Positions 26,259 through 38,978 of a stretch of DNA of 64,000 nucleotides are shown here, in pieces. Both the position numbers and the translations under genes were made by a program. This DNA is from Octopus vulgaris (Eukaryota): the NCBI GenBank assembly GCA_951406725.2, contig OX597842.1, positions 21,638,001-21,702,000 on the forward strand, read 5' to 3'. Under the pieces are notes generated by a model. That model was not told the DNA's origin. It did not search any database and saw only the letters and a program-made list of their open reading frames with translations. Numbering within the stretch: the stretch's first letter is position 1; every line of letters begins with the position of its first letter.

Positions 26259-29200
26259 CGGACGTGCTGTCACTTCGGCTCCGAAGGTAATCGTTTATTT
26301 TGACTATTTATAGCCCATATTTTGTGTACATTTTTGAAAATAAGGTGTGTAAGGCACCCAACTTTCGTTTGAGTGCGTTTCCAAGGGAGGAATTCGGCCC
26401 TAGGTGCAGTTTCAACCCCATTTCATTTCTGTAATTTTCTTCTCGACATTAGAAAATGTCGAGAAATTTTAATGTAGAACGCTGGTCGCGTTCCTTTATG
26501 GACCAGCATTTTCCTAGTTTGGAAACGCTAGGAGAAGAAAAAAAGAACTCATGCACGCAAAGTGCAAACATGAATATCGTTGGAATGAACGCTGCAACCA
26601 CGTGCGGTAACAGCCCTGTCACCACCGCCACCACCACTAACAACAACAACAACGAGACTGCTACTGCTACCACCACCACTTCCACCACCACCACCACTAC
26701 CAACACAACCAACATAAATGATAAAAATGAAACTCACGCGAATACTATTAAGAAAAACAACAACAACAAGAACAACAATAAAAATGAACTATCTAATAGT
26801 GAAGATGTTAATACAAAAAAATCAACAACACCAGTAAATTTCGCTGACACTCTGCGTCAGAAGAAAGAGATTGTAACATTTACAAATGAAGAGCTCATAG
26901 AAACGAGTGCTCTCTTTACAACCCGTGGGCAAGATTTAGTGCTACATACACCTCAACACATAAAGCAAGAAATAGAAAATAAGACAATTATATATAAAAT
27001 TATAAGAAAAAACAAAAAACTAAATGAGCAGATTACAGAAACAGATGTAGAAAAATGCTTAAAAAACATAATGAAAGAAAAAGAATATATAAACTGGGGT
27101 CCCCAGTTTAACACAGTAGTGGTCCGCTTCCCTAACTAGGAAGTGGCAAAAGCTCACTCTACTGAGTCTCTGGGAATTGATGAAATCATCATGGTCCCAT
27201 ACTATAAAAACCAGAGAGTGAGTCGAATCACTATTAAAAATGTATCTCCCGAGCTTCCTAACAAATGGATAACAGGGGCAATCTATTACCATTTAAAAAA
27301 TATCAACATTTTGGAAACCGCCGTGTACCTTGGCGACATTTGGGGTGGGAAGACAATAGTGGTGACCATACAGATTGAGGGGGCCCCTATCGAGAGCCTA
27401 CCGGATAAGATCCACTTGGAAAATGGGCAATGCCTATATGTTGTAGCAGAAGGCAAAAAACCTAGATGCTACAAATGTGGCAGCCCCGAACATTTAATTG
27501 CCAAGTGCGCTCTGGTACAGAAAAAACAAGAAAGAACAAATCAGAAAACAAAAAAAAACCCTTGTTGCCAACACCAACACCAGCACCAACACACTCAATT
27601 ATGGAACAATGCCAAGAAAAACAACAAACCAGCAAACAAACCCCAACAACATCACCAAGAAAAGAAACACTACCAACACAATCACCGTTGACGTCACAAC
27701 CAATTCAACATGCTGAACCAACAAAAAATAGACCAACACCAACACCGAGAACGGCAATTAAAAAGACAGAAAACAGTGACGAGAAGACAAATTCTACCCC
27801 TAACACCACAACAACACAAACACCGCACAAAACATCAACAATTTCTACAAGCATACATAGTAATGCAAATGCTTTGCCTTTACCTCCTACTGATACGTCG
27901 GACGACGAAAGTTCGACGGAATGGCAAATAGCCACAAGGAGTAAAAGGAAAAGATCCAAAAATCCACCAAACAAGGAAGTAAAGCAGGGAGATATCTAAC
28001 TCCGGACAACATCCCCCTAGACAATCAAAAAAGCAATGAACCCGTAAAACCACACACACAACTAACTGCAATAGACACAGACAATAAAGAATTAATGGAC
28101 TACATCACATCCAACACGGACATCTGTGAAGATGACTTTAAGACAAACAATCATCCGCACACCACACCACCGAAACACATCAGAATTTTACACATAACAC
28201 AAGCACAACACCACATACTGAAAACAATATTTCCGAATGCGGTAGGCGGGTTTCAACGATACCTGTCGAGAAAACTATACAAACACCTCATCAAAAACAA
28301 TACAAAAGAAGAAGAAAAAATGAAACTTTTAAAATGAGTAAGTGACCTCCCCTCTTGCCTCTTGTCTCTTCTAATGTAGTGAGTAAAACACAATTTTCGT
28401 AAATGTCAAGTATGCTTAAATTAGGTTGTGTGAATGCGCGTTGCTTGGCGTCGGCTTGGAAGCAAGGTTACCTTCTAAACGACATCAAGTCACTGAACGT
28501 GGATATAGTAGCTATCAGTGAAACCAGACTCAGTAAGCCGCGGGCCCTCGAGTCCATGTTTGGCAATCAATTTGACATTTATTTTTCTCCCTGTCTGCCG
28601 AACATGGGTGGTGGAGGTACCGCGGTGCGTTTTCGAAAGAGTCTAAATGTAAAAGTAAGAGCAATATTCGTAGACCCGGAGGGTAGGCTGGTTGTCTTGG
28701 ACGTGGATGGCAGAAATGGGTGTGCATTCCATCTGATGGCAGTTTATGCACCGTCCTTAACTGGTCGGGCGGATTTCTTCAGACGTCTAGAGGTTTTCCT
28801 GGGTACGTCTAGACCTTTATTGTTAGTAGGGGATTGGAACGCTACCTTGGACACGCATCTAGATTATGTGGGAAGGGATAGGAATAGAAGGGGGTGTAAG
28901 AGCCTCTAAGACCTGCTCAGACGTTTCCATTTGTCTGACAGGTTCCGACTCGACCATCCGAACGTGCCAACGTGGACTTGGACAAACCGCGTCGGATCGT
29001 CGAGATCTTATCTAGATAGAATTCTATGCAGGACAGCAGATAGGGATAGTGTAGGATGTCCACAATTTAAAATAGTCAGCTACACAGATCACATATTTGT
29101 TACGTGTACGCTCGACTTAGATAAAACACATAGGCAGGGTCCCGGTTACTGGAAACTGAACACGTCGCTGTTAGCGCGACAGGTTTACAGGAACTGGATT

Positions 29201-31208
29201 AGCGAGTTAATTAAGAGGGCGCTGACGGGAGCCGTCGTTAACAACCGCTGGTGGTACGCCCTGAAAATGGCAATAAAATCGGAATCAATTAGGTTTAGCA
29301 AGGAATTAGCGATAGAACGAAATAGAGTAGAGGGAGACTTGGTTAAGAAACTAGAAGAGTCACTTACCACTGGCAGCGCAACCAACGTGCTGGCTGCGAG
29401 GATGGCCCTCGACCCACACCTCAACGCCAAGCACGAAGGTTGCGTCGTCAGAACTAAAATGCGTACCTAAAGGAACGAAGGGATCGAATCTGCGCGTGAG
29501 GCCCGGGTAGCGGAGGCGCAGCGTGGCAACAGAGCCACCATTCGGTCTCTAATAGATCAACAGGGATGCAGTTTACTCTAACTCGAAAGGATGTGTGAGG
29601 CCTTTCAACAGGACTTTGCTCGACTGTTTGGTGCGAGTGGTGGGTCGGAACGCGGGATGGATTTCAGTGCCTACCTGACCGACCTGCCACGGCTCTCGGC
29701 AAGAGAAGTGGAGTGTTGTGAACGTCTCATCACAGCCGCTGACGTGTGGGATGCGATGGCGGGCTGCGCGAGGGATAAGTCGCCTGGATTGGATGGTTTA
29801 CCCTACAAGCTGTATTGTCAAATGCCAGACTCGGCACCTGGAGAAGCATGCCCATGCCGTCCGACTGCGGCTCAGTAGTGGGACGCTGGACGGACGGACC
29901 GGTTAAATTGCTCGGGGTCTTGTTCAGTCCGGACCTCCAAATGGATAAGAACTGGGACGAGATCACGAGTAGAGTGGTCGCTCTCAGCCAAACATTGGCC
30001 GAGAGAAAGCTGTCTCTAAAAGGCCGGGTGGAGGTGGCGAACGCGTACATCGCATCCGTCATCGATTACCGCCTGACCGTCGTACCTTGTCCCGACGCCA
30101 CCATCACCAAACTGGAACGCATGCTCTTCTGCTTCCTGTGGAAGGGTGGCGTTCCGATGGTGAGGAAGTCCAATTGCTGTCAACATCCGTTGAATGGAGG
30201 ACTGGGCATGCCGTGGTTGATGATGCGCAGGCATGCACTGAGTCTGCGACATCTCTGGAACTTCATCGACGACGGTGAACAGGTGTGGGCGCCGTTTGTG
30301 ATGCGCGCCTTCTCGCAGCTCGTCTCACTGACCGAACTGCAAACGTGGATCAAAAAGAGACCGAAACTGGGCGATTGGGACCGAGAGTGTCGCCAAGCTC
30401 TACAGCAGCTCTGCCAACCGGGGTCAAACTTGTGCAACTTACAAACGACTAATGCGTTCTATAGAGGACTAGTGGAGGGGAGGTCCGACGACACACTCGG
30501 GGCAAACATGGGTGTCGACGAGAAATTCCTAACTCGCCTGTTCAGGACGACGTTCGAGCCGGGGCCTATGAATAACTTCCAGAAATCCCTGGCTTGGCAG
30601 TGCTATCGAGGCGCACTACCTGTTCGAGAGAAGAGCTACAGACACGGTTCGAAAACCATCACCAGGCCGACCTGCCCGAGATGCGGTCAGAGCGACGAAA
30701 CCGTTCTGCACACACTCGGGCAGTGTCCAGATATTTCAGAGCTCTGGTCCGTCGTCGAACAGCTGTTGTCACGTGTAGGTCGGGCTCGCCTATCGGCCGA
30801 GTCCGTCTTCAGTGTTGTTCCACCACCTTCCTTTAAACGGAAAGGGAAAACGGTTTTCGTTACGCTGATGGCTATGGCGAAGGAATGTGTGTGTTGGATG
30901 CGTTTGAAAGGACTGCAAACAAACACCTTCCTCTCTGGTCAGTCTCTCGTCAACTTTTTCAAGTACCACTTGAAAAGGAGGATGAGAATAGAGAGGAAGG
31001 CTTTGTCGAACAAATGTTTTAATAAAAAGTGGGTAAAAGTTGCAAAAATGGTCAGTATGAAAGACGACACTATTTTAAGCATAAATCTGTAAGCAAAAGA
31101 GACATCGGGAAGTAAGGCGACTTACTCATGTGTCCTTTTTCGAATTGTCTGAGGTGACCTTGGTCTTTTTTGTAGGTTTTTCTTTCCAAGGCTACACCTA
31201 AACTGTGA

Positions 31209-31251
<43 letters not shown>

Positions 31252-31404
31252 TGCTTTTTTATACACCACACAACCCACAGATCCCTATTGATCAAACGTG
31301 TTTTTTTTTGTGCCCCACCCATCCCACCTCGAAAAGAAAAAAATTCTACATTGTATTTCGTCCATTTTTATTCTGTTTAGCCCTGTGTGGCTACAATAAA
31401 AGGG
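26259..31404 (+). mobile_element. Tx1 LINE copy 2, with ~760 bp deletion of the RT core
   Basis: ORF1 from 26456, EN from 28412. Junction at 29829-29831 removes YADD. CPRC...H...C zinc finger intact, ORF2 stop at 31092, AATAAA at 31395-31400, (TATC)n flanks. Confidence 0.93.
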
Positions 31405-31596
31405 TTATCTATCTATCTATCCATCCAGCTATCTATCTATCTATCTATCTATCCATCTATATATCAATCTATCTATCTACCTATCTATCTATCTGTCTAT
31501 TTATCTATCTATCTATCTATCGAACTATCAATCTAGCCATCCATCTATCTATCTATCCATCCATCTATCTATCTATCTATCTATCCATCCATATAT

Positions 31597-31721
31597 CACT
31601 TTATCAATATATCTATCAAGCACCAGACAGATAAATAAACACATACACACATATACCAATATATATATACGTATATATTTGTGTGTGCCAATATATATAT
31701 ATATATATGTGTGTGTGTGTC

Positions 31722-31756
<35 letters not shown>

Positions 31757-33644
31757 ATGGTAGTTTCTTGAAGGTAGACCTTGATCTTTAGCTGCTATAT
31801 TAAATCCGTCTGTGTCTGATTTTAAGCTAGAACACACTAACCATTGATGGGTAATGGCTTTATCCACATCGGTACTATTAGCTCTCTTTGGATATTTGCC
31901 ATTGAGATGATTTCCTTGTCATTTGTCTGTAAGAATATCTAAATCATATTCTTTGCATGTACTTTCATTCGCTTAGCTTTTTCTCTGCTTGTTTCTAGTA
32001 CGTTTAATTCTGGGATTTGTTGTATTTGGAATTCACTTAGATATTCCTTTGGATGCTTTGTTACTTTGTATGACACTTTCTTGTTTTCGTGCTTCGAGAC
32101 AAGTTTTAACATCCAGTCATGAGAGTTGTTTAGGTAAGTCTTTCTGTCAAATGTAGCAAAATTCATTGTTAATTCCAGTTGTAAATGTTACGCCCACCTT
32201 CTTTTCTTGGCAGGTAAAATCGTTCTACATCTGCTTTAGGGTGGTGCATTCCACGCATTGTCAACAACTTTCATATTTTTCTGTCAAGATTACATATTTC
32301 AATAATTGACCAGTTAATGATATTGAAACTGTAAGTCACGCCTGGTATAGCAAAAGTACCCATCTCCTCGATTCTGTTTCTTGCATTCAGTTCTGTCTTG
32401 AATATTGCTTTTAACCTGATATAATATTCTATTCTGATCCTTTCCCTCATCACTGAATATTTGATCATGTCCATTTCAAATACCGATATGTACATGTATC
32501 TCTCCGCTGGTTCTAATTCCTTTATGACACTCTGCGGAATGTTTCTGTCGTTTTTCCTTTGATAAATGTAGCTTTTGCTCATTTATCGAGTTAAAATTAC
32601 AACGTGATATCATCACAGAATTGTTTAATATCTCCTGCCCAAGACGAAACATTGACGGTCCATATAACTATCCACACGTTTCAGGCATAAATATACATAT
32701 GACTATATACGCACTTTTCACAATATACCAAACAGTGATGTAGAACGCATAGACTTATGTAAACACACATCGTCACACACAAACACGCTCAACTTACACA
32801 CACTCACATACATATATATAGAGAAAGAGATATGTAATGTGAGTTAGAGAAGGGCAAAAGAAGGGTAAGAAAGAAAGATGGGAAGATATTAAATTTGAGG
32901 AAATATATACTCAGGAATATATTATCAACAAGACTGGTTCAACTTACATATATACTAATTTCGGCAGATTTGCAAACCATCTATTTTCAATTTTCTCGAT
33001 TGCATTATTGGTTAGATCTCTGAAAGATAATTCATGAAGAACAAACATAGAAGTGATTAGCCATATATTTCAAATATTATGTCCAATGAATTAGCTGCTG
33101 AAATAGAATAAAAATAAGTAGAAGTGAAACAATTTGGTGAAGACGATTATGAAAATGATAAGTGAAGATTATGAAGATAATAATGAAGATGTATGTCATT
33201 GTGTTAAGTGATGATGAAAGCGATAATTATTATGATGAGGGCATTGACGGTGACGGATTTGGTAGTGATGAAGTTGTATCGGTCTGCTGGCATTGCACCT
33301 GTGGTTCCAGATTATGACATGGATGATGATGATGGTGATGATGACGATGATCATGATAACGATGATGGTTTCGACCACCACGCGGACGCAGACGATGATT
33401 ATGATGACAATATTTACTGATGGTTCTCTTAATATTTGGAATGATGATGATGAGGAGGATGACGCTGATATGCAAAGTTGAAACTATAACAAAAGAGAAG
33501 GATGAGAATAGGAATAAAATTAACGACGAGCAGTTATTGATAAATGAGATAAAAAGGGCAAATAAGACTAAACTAGAACTGGAGACATGTATCTATCTAT
33601 CAATCTATCTGTCTATCTATCTACCTACATATCTATCTATCTAT
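31597..33644 (+). repeat. Tandem array unit U3 (short, ~7.5 kb internal deletion)
   Basis: The (TG)n tract joins directly to R4 relic sequence at ~31757 (U1 position ~8509). Confidence 0.88.
31757..32630 (-). mobile_element. R4/Dong-clade relic, partial (U3)
   Basis: ORFs 32271-32582 and 31939-32166 match the U1 relic. Confidence 0.8.
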
Positions 33645-35439
33645 CACTTTATCAATATATCTATCAATCGACAGACAGATAGGTTAACACATACATACAT
33701 ATACCAATATATAAATATGTATATATTTTTGTGTGTGTATATATATATATACGTGTGTATGTGTATGTAACACGTTTATACATGTACTTTTTTCAGTAAT
33801 TTGACAATGGCCATGCTAGAGCCTTTATTCGAAGCAATCGAGCCCATCATTTATTTGTTGAAAGACTAGCACTTATTCTCTCAGTGTCTTTTGCCGAACC
33901 ACTAAGTTACAGGGTGTGTAACACCAACATTGGTTATTAGGTGATCTTGAGGGAACACAAATATATACATAAATCTGTCTATATTTGTGTGTCTGTGCTT
34001 GTGCTAGCACTAGCACTAACCACTTTCCAACACCAAGACCACAAAACATCATCTACACACCCATACACAATCATCCGGACACCCACACACTACAGACGCA
34101 CACAGCTACGCACGCATACATCCACACATTATAGTCATTAGCCCCTATTAACACACACGCACACACACACTTACACATTCTTACATACACATCCGTACGC
34201 ACACCATTGCTTTGGGATCTCCACTTGTTTATTATCTCCACGAATCTCTATCTCTCCCGTCAAGCTATGTTTTTCCTAAACAGTTGCCATGCTTGATCCG
34301 TAAATCGACAAGATTTTTAATCACTTTTTGTTCATGTTCTCCTTTCTCTTTCTGTTGAGGAGCATAGGCTCGAAAGTAAAAGAATTTCTCAATTTCCCGA
34401 GCGTTGAATCTAACATCTGTTTTCGACTTTTAGTTTCCCGTAAATGTAATCTACCGACACGCAAACACACACACACAAACACACACATCTCTATATTAAA
34501 AGGGTGTGTGTTATAATACTATTCCACAACCATAGCAACAATCCAACATACCTGTATCATCAGCTACCCCACGGTTACCATTATGGTTTCGAAACCTGGT
34601 CACTACCCTTCAAACCGGCGGTATGAACAGCACTAAAACAAGTGTTGTTTGGGAACAAAGAAATCAAAGAAACCACAAATTTCAACCACATTTACCCTAT
34701 GTATAACTGGTCACTAACCTTCAATCCGGCGGTATGAACAGCACTAAAATAAGTGTTGTTTGGGAACAAAGAAATCAAAGAAACCACAAATTTGTGTGTC
34801 CATTTTTCTTCCTGGCCTTAAGTCATTTTATCGCTACCTCTATATTCATTTATAATTCAATTTAGATATTTTCCCCTCCGTTGAAATGTAAAACTCTATA
34901 TAACACGGAATTCTAATTATAAATTTTGTTGCATTTAAACCGTTCTTTAAATGCACTTGGTTTAAACTAATGATAGAGTATTTTGATTTCGTTAGTTTCA
35001 ATATTAACATTGATATTCATGAAATCTACGTCCCATGTAAATTTAAATTGAACTTGATTAAAAATTTTAACGTTGCAGGATAAATTCCAATTTCTGTTTG
35101 TTTAACCGTGAAAAGAGCTATAAAGAATCAATTAGGATTAGGAAGGTAATAACTTTTCAATATGAACAAGAAGAAATATATGTGAATTTATATATAAGTA
35201 AATGAAGTGTTGGGCGGAAAGATTTTAGCTCAGGAACACAGATTCACACACACACAAATATGAAGTATATACATATAAATTTATATATATTTCTACACAG
35301 AAACACACTCTAGGGGGAATAAAGGGGCTACCCAATACACAACAAGTGGCGCTGCCATCGTTCGAGATTGACACTTGTCCGCTTCTCCAGCGGTTAACAC
35401 GAGAATTGTTTTCATTTTTGCAGGCTTTAATGACAATGT

Positions 35440-36962
35440 CCGACATATGGGCGAATGAGCGTAGGTGCCACGTGGCAACGGAAAACAATTTGGTGTTGAT
35501 GAATCAGGTGAGATGGGTTCTCTTCGATTCTAAGCAGATATTTGCGGCCTTTAGGGAACACTATGTGCATCAGTTTGTGGAGGTTAGTGGTCCATTGACT
35601 ATGAAGCTTTTAACCGTCACTCGAATGAAACTACGCAGTTCTCCAAATGGTGGGAAATTGTTGTGATTTTCGAGATGCCGGGTTAGATGTTGCCATGGCT
35701 TGAGGATCAGCCTTACGCAGTTTAAAATTATTTGCCGCAAATAGCAGTGAGTGCAATGGCAGGTGTCTACAACAAAGGAAAGAAGAACGAGATGATTCTT
35801 AGCCCTCATAAAAGGCGGGGGCCACGGCAATGTTTTTAGAAAGAACTCGGAAGAAATGTATTTCATAATAATTTGAGACCCGTAATTAGGTTAAATGCCG
35901 AAGATTCAATATCAAAATCATCTAAGCACGACAGGTTCCTACTTGCACACTACATCACAGACAGAATGTGTAACAAATGCGTTTCCAATGAAATCCTAAT
36001 TTTGTGTTAGTCAGATGCCAACTGTTTGCGCCTGCACTGAAGGAAGCCGGATTCGGTCCTGTTTCCAGAGGCTGGATCGCAGTAACCTACAACAAATTTT
36101 GCTTGTTGGAACCATTCAAATGAACTGGAACTAAGAAGACCAGGCGAACAGGCTATAAGCAGAGAGGTAGTGTGGTGGAGAATACAGAACGGTTGAAGAG
36201 AGAGAGATAATACGATCGAACTCTCATCGAAGCCTTAAAATTCCATTTAATATGAAGGTGAGGGTGGAGTGAGAGAGAAATCCACACCACCCAAGTAAAT
36301 GTAGTGAAAATTGGGGGAATACTAAACTGCACCTGTGAGCTGAGTCATACCGATGAAGGTGGAGTACTTGTAGTCGTAGTCTTGACCTAACTTTCTTTAC
36401 AACATCTGCCATAATGGCATGGACGATCCTAAAATTACTTGAGTAGTTTATGACTGGGAGTCACATGAGTTTCAGCTTCGTCAGTCAACAAAGTTGGCCT
36501 CAGAAGCAGGTATTCCTCAGTCAGTAGCGGTCACTTACTATCCATCATCTAGAAGACAGTGAAAAACCCGGGGAAGGTGTTTAAATTTAACCGGAGTGAC
36601 ACATAATCTAATTGTGAAAGCAACAAGGATTCTGACAGGCCACTATCTACAGTGGACATGTGATGTCTCCCAGTAATTTAAATACCAAGAGTAAAAAGAA
36701 AGAGCATCCGCCATGGATCATTTGGCAGTTCTCCGTACATGACATTTCAATATCCTCATTGAAGAGAAGGAAGCGATTTCCTGTGAAAACGGCTGAGAAA
36801 CGTAGTCCTGAGTGGAAAATACAATTTGAAGCACTTCATAAGCAGCCTCAGAGAAATCTTGGTTCTCTGTGATTAGATGTTGCTATTGCGAGGCTTTCGG
36901 TTCGAGGGCAATACAACACGGAATTGGAGTAGGGTGGAGGATTTCCTGGCTTCACATGTATT
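35440..36962 (+). pseudogene. Ancient Tx1-like ORF2 relic (U4)
   Basis: Homologous to 5780-7320. Confidence 0.7.
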
Positions 36963-37569
36963 TGATGAAAAACCTGATTTGGGTAGCACCACAACACCTC
37001 ACTGTGACAAGTGGCAAGAAAGGTTTAGTAAGTTACTGAAAAAGAAAGGTATGGATGTCTTACTACTTTCATACTAATAGACAGTCTATGCTTTTCTTTT
37101 GTTTGTCATCTAACCTTATGGTTACTCTTATTTTACGAGAGTGGCAGAAGCTTCTGCACACTCTTATATTCCTCACGTGGGACGTATAGTTTATTTATAT
37201 CTGCCTCTGGGAGATGCATGTAGTGTATTGTGACAGAATTGCTTTGTTTTGATTCGGTGATACACATCTCATTCGTGGATCATTTTATGGTATCAAAGCT
37301 GCAGCCTAGAGGACCTATACATAAGGTATTCACTGCATCAGTCTTTTCTTCAAATGGAAATAGGTTTTTGTGGTGGCAGCTCATAAGAATGCGGTGTGAC
37401 GCGAGAAATCATATCAGCACATTCAATAATAGAAGAGACTAGCCATAACATTTTTAATATATCGACGGAATTAAATGCAGGAAGATAAGGAAAAAAATGC
37501 CGTGGAATTTCATGAAGGAGATGACCATAATGATGTTCAAAGAATATGAGTTTGTTTTAAAACTTAAAA

Positions 37570-38978
37570 TTAAATACGCAGTATTTTACGTAGGATATGG
37601 GCGGTTCCCATTACTGCTATCTTTTGAGTTGCTGCCATTTTGGGGTTTCCTAGTATCTGAGATAGGTATGATTCAGGCCTTTTGCTATAATTTTGATAAT
37701 TTCTATTTCAAGATCTTTACACTTGCTCAGTTTTGTAGGTTTTGACAGATACCTTTATGCCGATTGGGACAGTTTTAAATGAGGAGGCATGTTTTTTCCT
37801 GTAGTTTTTCTATATAATGACTGGTCTATTCGCATCTATCTTTCTGTCACTTTGAATTGTGAAGTTCTAGAAGATAAGATGCGATCATCTTCAAGAACTG
37901 GAGTGTGTTCGTGTCCCCAACAGATTGTATCATGTGGCACGTCTATGTTTTTGAAAATTAACCAGTGAATATGATGTGCCGCTCAATCATGCCTGTTGAG
38001 ATATTCTGTATGCACAAGAAGACTGCACATGGAGACAGCATGATCAATGGTTTCATTTCGTTGTTTACATACAAGACATGCTGGGTGACTGACGCTCTTT
38101 AATATGGTAGTTTCTTGAAGGTAGACCTTGATCTTTAGCTGCTATATTAAATCCGTCTGTGTCTGATTTTAAGCTAGAACACACTAACCATTGATGGGTA
38201 ATGGCTTTATCCACATCGGTACTATTAGCTCTCTTTGGGTATTTGCCATTGAGGAATTTTCCTTGTCATTTGTCTGTAAGAATATCTAAGTCAGATTCTT
38301 TGCATGTACTTTCATTCGCTTAGCTTTTTCTCTGCTTGTTTCTAGTACGTCTAATTCTGGGATTTGTTGTATTTGGAATTCACTTAGATATTCCTTTGGA
38401 TGCTTTGTTACTTTGTATGACACTTTCTTGTTTTCGTGCTTCGAGACAAGTCTTAAAATCCAGTCATGAGAGTTGTTTAGGTAGGTGTTTCGGTCAAATG
38501 TAGCAAAATTCATTGTTAATTCTAGTTGTATATGTTACGCCCACCTTCTTTTCTTGGCAGGTAAAATCGTTCTACATCTGCTTTAGGGTGGTGCATTCCA
38601 CGCATTGTCAACAACTTTCATATTTTTCTGTCAAGATTACATATTTCAATAATTGACCAGTTAATGATATTGAAACTGTAAGTCACGCCTGGTATAGCAA
38701 AAGTACCCATCTCCTCGATTCTGTTTCTTGCATTCAGCTCTGTCTTGAATATTGCTTTTAACCTGATATAATATTCTATTCTGATCCTTTCCCTCATCAC
38801 TGAATATTTGATCATGTCCATTTCAAATACCGATAAGTACATGTATCTCTCCGCTGGTTCTAATTCCTTTATGACATTCTGCGGAATGTTTCTGTCGTTT
38901 TTCCTTTGATAAATGTAGCTTTTGCTCATTTATCGAGTTAAAATTACAACGTGATATCATCACAGAATTGTTTAATAT
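37570..38978 (-). mobile_element. R4/Dong-clade relic (U4)
   Basis: Homologous to 7932-9381. Confidence 0.82.
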
